DNA from: an uncultured Aequorivita sp.
GTDB taxonomy: Bacteria > Bacteroidota > Bacteroidia > Flavobacteriales > Flavobacteriaceae
Length of the DNA stretch: 37,797 nt
NCBI GenBank assembly: GCA_964463595.1
Contig: CAYXDM010000001.1
Location: forward strand, 8,130-45,926
Direction of reading: 5' to 3'
Below are positions 34,726 through 37,797 of this stretch, piece by piece. The translations under genes and the position numbers were made by a program. The notes beneath the pieces are model-generated. The model saw only the letters and a program-made list of their open reading frames with translations. It searched no databases and was not told the origin of the DNA. How positions within the stretch are numbered: position 1 is the first letter of the stretch; every line of letters starts with the position of its first letter.

Positions 34726-36564
34726 ATGGCAAGACCCCAACCAAAATCCATCACCGAAAAAGAACCTAAAACCAGCGTAAGGGATTCCTTCATAGCCCTA
34801 AAGACCATCCCGCGGTTTTTCAGGGAAATATACCACAGCAGCCCCAAACTGTTTTTCGTAAATACTTTTAGTCGCTTGCTCAATGCCTTTACGCCCGTCG
34901 TGATTCTCTGGGTAGGAAAGATGATCATTGACGAAATAATCCTTCAGGTTTCCCTCCCCGAAAAGGATTTCACCCAACTCTGGAACTACGTGATCATCGA
35001 GTTCTCTGTGGCGGTGCTCTCCGATCTCCTTGGAAGATTGATTAACCTAACGGACGGCCTGTTGGGCGACCTATACAGCAACGCCTCTTCGGAAAAGATA
35101 ATCCGGAAGACCAGCGAGCTCACCATCGCCCAACTGGAAGACCCCGAATTTTACGATAAACTGGAGCGCGCCCGCACCCAAACCACCAGCCGTGTGGGTT
35201 TGATGAGCAACGCCCTCGGGCAGGCTGAAAGCCTCATTTCCATGATCTCCCTCATTGCCGGATTGGTTTATTTTGAGCCTGTTTTGATCCTAATCCTCAT
35301 TCTCAGCATCATTCCCTCGTTTATTAACGAAGCAAAATTCAGCAGCACTCGCTATTCCCTCGCGCGCAGTTGGACCGCCGAACGGCGCGAACTGGATTAC
35401 CTCCGCTTCATCGGTGCCAATAACCAAACCGCCAAGGAAATAAAGCTTTTCGGACTTACGGATTTTATTGCCGAACGGTTTAAAAACCTTTCTACCGATT
35501 ATTATTTAATCAACAAAAAACTGACGATTAAGCAAAGTCTGTACGGCTCTCTTTTCAACATTTTGGGTGTTCTCAGTTATTATGGGGCTTACGTTTACAT
35601 TATTCTTCGGGTGCTTTCGGGCGTGATCACCATTGGCGAGCTCACCTTTCTTTCAGGTTCCTTCAACCGATTGCGCAACAATTTGCAGGGTTTCTTTTCC
35701 CGGTTTACACGTATTTCCGAAAGTGCACTCTACCTTCAGGATTACTTCGATTTCATTGACCTTTCCGTGGAAAAAACTTCTGAAGAAAAAACCCCAATGC
35801 CCGAAACCATACAGGAAGGTTTTCAAGTCAATGACCTTCACTTCGCCTATCCCGGCAATGAAAGCGAAGTACTTAAAGGCGTAACCTTCACCCTAAACGC
35901 GGGTGAAAAAATGGCCTTCGTGGGCCAGAACGGCGCGGGAAAAACAACGCTCATAAAACTCTTCCTCCGCTTTTACGATCCCACCCAGGGCGAGATCCTG
36001 TTGGACGGCATAAACATAAACCGGTTTGATATGGACGAATACCGCAAGCGTTTTGGCGTCATCTTTCAAGACTTTTTTAAGTATGAGTTCACCCTGCGCG
36101 AAAACATAGCCGTGGGCAATATCGACCAAATGCAAAACGATGAGGTAATAAACTATGCGGCCAGCAAAAGCCTCGCCGAACAAGTGGTAAACGAAATGGC
36201 CTATGGTCTGGAACAGCGTCTTGGCCGACGGTTTTACAAAGGCACCGAACTTAGCGGCGGACAGTGGCAAAAAGTGGCCCTTGCCCGCGCCTATATGAAG
36301 GATGCCGACGTGATGGTGCTGGACGAACCCACAAGCGCGCTGGACGCCCAGGCAGAGTTTGATGTTTTTGAACGTTTTATTGCCCTTACCAAGGGCAAGA
36401 CCAGCATTATCATCAGTCACCGGTTTAGCACCGTGCGGATGGCAGACCGTATTTTGGTTTTGCAGAATGGCCGCGTGCTGGAGTTGGGCACACACGACCA
36501 GTTAATGGCGGAGCCGAAATTATATGCGGAATTGTTTAAATTGCAGGCGGCGGGGTATCGGTAA
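34726..36564 (+). CDS. ABC exporter half-transporter (TMD fused to NBD)
   Basis: N-terminal TM helices; Walker A GQNGAGKT, Q-loop IFQD, LSGGQ signature, VLDE Walker B and ISHR switch. Confidence 0.93.
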   Translation: MARPQPKSITEKEPKTSVRDSFIALKTIPRFFREIYHSSPKLFFVNTFSRLLNAFTPVVILWVGKMIIDEIILQVSLPEKDFTQLWNYVIIEFSVAVLSDLLGRLINLTDGLLGDLYSNASSEKIIRKTSELTIAQLEDPEFYDKLERARTQTTSRVGLMSNALGQAESLISMISLIAGLVYFEPVLILILILSIIPSFINEAKFSSTRYSLARSWTAERRELDYLRFIGANNQTAKEIKLFGLTDFIAERFKNLSTDYYLINKKLTIKQSLYGSLFNILGVLSYYGAYVYIILRVLSGVITIGELTFLSGSFNRLRNNLQGFFSRFTRISESALYLQDYFDFIDLSVEKTSEEKTPMPETIQEGFQVNDLHFAYPGNESEVLKGVTFTLNAGEKMAFVGQNGAGKTTLIKLFLRFYDPTQGEILLDGININRFDMDEYRKRFGVIFQDFFKYEFTLRENIAVGNIDQMQNDEVINYAASKSLAEQVVNEMAYGLEQRLGRRFYKGTELSGGQWQKVALARAYMKDADVMVLDEPTSALDAQAEFDVFERFIALTKGKTSIIISHRFSTVRMADRILVLQNGRVLELGTHDQLMAEPKLYAELFKLQAAGYR

Positions 36565-36599
36565 TTATGAATTCAGAATTCAGAATTATGAGTTATGTA
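36565..36599. repeat. Five-unit heptamer tandem repeat
   Basis: TTATGAA-TTCAGAA-TTCAGAA-TTATGAG-TTATGTA immediately after the ABC stop codon. Confidence 0.65.
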
Positions 36600-36629
36600 C
36601 GTTCCTGATATTGGTTACTGGGAATTACT

Positions 36630-36649
36630 GGTCGAGCGAAGTCGAGACC
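36630..36649. repeat. REP-like short element GGTCGAGCGAAGTCGAGACC
   Basis: GC-rich 20-mer in an AT-rich spacer, with complementary GGTC/GACC ends and GTCGAG twice. It resembles a dispersed repeat I recall from Flavobacteriaceae. Confidence 0.45.
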
Positions 36650-36750
36650 TCTTGTTGGTGGAGAATTATTAAGAATATAGTGTAAATTGAAGGCATAAAT
36701 TCCGATCTATGGTCTACAGCTCACACATACTCATTGAAAAGAAAACATAG

Positions 36751-36936
36751 GTCACATTAGAATCAAACAGCAAATACAAATTTTCTTTTAACAAATATAT
36801 TATCCCAAAGAAAAATCGAAATATTATTTTATTTGAGCTTGACGCCTTAGGAATTAATTATTCAACTGTTTTTCCAGACATCCAAGGAATCTGTGGATAT
36901 CTAAATTGGAAAAATGATAATTATTCTTATTACTAA
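36751..36936 (+). pseudogene. 3' remnant of an FRG-domain-type protein gene
   Basis: Start-less frame ...KYIIPKKNRNIILFELDALGINYSTVFPDIQGICGYLNWK...*, preceded by an in-frame TAG at 36748-36750. The L..LGI...T.FPD..G pattern is typical of FRG protein C-termini. Confidence 0.6.
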
Positions 36937-36995
36937 CCATATATTCTATGCTTTCCTAGCCCGGCATCCCGCTCCCGACTCCAAAACAAAATAAC

Positions 36996-37373
36996 ATGAA
37001 ACTTGCAAATTCTATAATATCATTCTTATTTGGCATTTGGTTATTATATGCATTAATAACGGTAATCTCAATGTTTCCACTAAACTTTAAAGACCTGGAA
37101 TGGAATTCATATAATCCGTATGCAATCCTTCTTTTCTTTCTATTATTTACGTTCTATTCAATAATAAACATTCGGGTGCCTTTTCAGAAGAGGGAAATGA
37201 AAAAAAGAGAAAGAATTCTGATGATTATTTTACACAGTATCGTTTTATTAGTGATTGTAATATTTTCATCCAGTCAATACGAATATATGAACCTGATAAA
37301 TGTTGTTATAAATATTTTGATGATTGCCTCAATCTTATACTTAATTACTTTCCAGAGCATCAAATTGAAATAA
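36996..37373 (+). CDS. Hypothetical membrane protein, about 4 TM helices
   Basis: 125-aa ORF with four hydrophobic stretches, an A-rich initiation region and very AT-rich DNA. Confidence 0.65.
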   Translation: MKLANSIISFLFGIWLLYALITVISMFPLNFKDLEWNSYNPYAILLFFLLFTFYSIINIRVPFQKREMKKRERILMIILHSIVLLVIVIFSSSQYEYMNLINVVINILMIASILYLITFQSIKLK

Positions 37374-37502
37374 GTCTCTTGCTACCGAACTTTTACACCG
37401 GGAAAACATGAGTCAAAAATCAGTTATTTAAAAAATGGGAAGAAAGACATCTTCAAGACCTTCTTTCGTGTCTATTTAAGCCAAAAAGACCCATTTTGTG
37501 CC

Positions 37503-37553
37503 TTCTACGGAAATGGTAGAACTTGGAATGCCAGTGTGAGATATACTCTCTAA
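37503..37553 (+). pseudogene. Possible C-terminal remnant of a TonB-dependent receptor gene
   Basis: Start-less frame ending FYGNGRTWNASVRYTL*, which matches the G.GRTW..S.RY.F end of TBDRs (the final CTC is one base from TTC, Phe). A terminator follows directly. Confidence 0.45.
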
Positions 37554-37571
37554 TTTAAACTTAGATAAGGT

Positions 37572-37603
37572 AAAAATGCTCCAAATTTATGGGGCATTTT
37601 TTT
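37572..37603 (+). terminator. Rho-independent terminator, possibly bidirectional
   Basis: AAAAATGCTCCA-AATTTA-TGGGGCATTTTTTT hairpin. Confidence 0.7.
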
Positions 37604-37762
37604 CTCAATAAAACTTATCTTCAAAAAAATCCCCTAGCGTACGTTGCAACGTATGGCCGCAATTGTGAAAAAGTGAAAAATGAGTAAATGGTCTTACCTA
37701 AAACCATACCCGATAGTCCCAACAGAAAACCGAAAACCGAGCCAGTTGCCCAATAAAATTGC

Positions 37763-37770
37763 TACTTTTG
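37763..37770 (+). promoter_or_regulatory. -7 promoter element (TACTTTTG) for a gene probably starting at ATG 37788 and running off the window
   Basis: Exact TAnnTTTG ending 17 nt before ATG CTA GAC at the window edge. Confidence 0.5.
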
Positions 37771-37797
37771 CAAAAACTTTGCAAATCATGCTAGACA

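Noticed and set aside
37788-37797. Start of the next gene (MLD...), reminiscent of prfA starts in Flavobacteria
   Set aside because: Only three codons are visible, which is too little to assign.
1-37797. CRISPR array, tRNA/rRNA, riboswitch, integrase or transposase, intact defence system
   Set aside because: No regularly spaced repeats, RNA-gene signatures or such protein motifs were seen by eye. An Infernal/Rfam and DefenseFinder run would be needed to exclude them.

Overview
Mostly core-chromosome window from a Bacteroidota bacterium, most likely Flavobacteriaceae. Evidence: many TAnnTTTG (-7) promoter motifs, AT-rich translation-initiation regions, Sec signals ending in Ala/Gly-Gln, a T9SS C-terminal domain and Flavobacteriaceae-like gene order. 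About 30 CDSs: a 5'-truncated TamL/BamA-family barrel, a lysine/saccharopine dehydrogenase-family enzyme, msrA, an acyltransferase, Nudix and cyclophilin, a TRIC-RDD-SpoIIM trio, ybaB and ptrB. Then a probable sulfonolipid (capnine) pair (CBS-like enzyme plus alpha-oxoamine synthase) split by an Fsr-like MFS gene, a PIG-L deacetylase/36-aa membrane microprotein/Na+:solute symporter module, MscS, a lipoprotein, and a maf-ubiA(DGGGPS-like)-kdsC-DUF2520 run. Then a group III truncated haemoglobin, ccsBA and a di-haem peroxidase, a TPR histidine kinase/NarL-type regulator divergent from a T9SS cargo gene with a perfect 7-2-7 palindrome between them, and an ABC half-transporter. The right end is AT-rich and carries heptamer repeats, a REP-like hairpin and decayed gene tails. 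No rRNA, tRNA, CRISPR array or intact transposase was seen. All family calls come from motifs read by eye; no database search was run.
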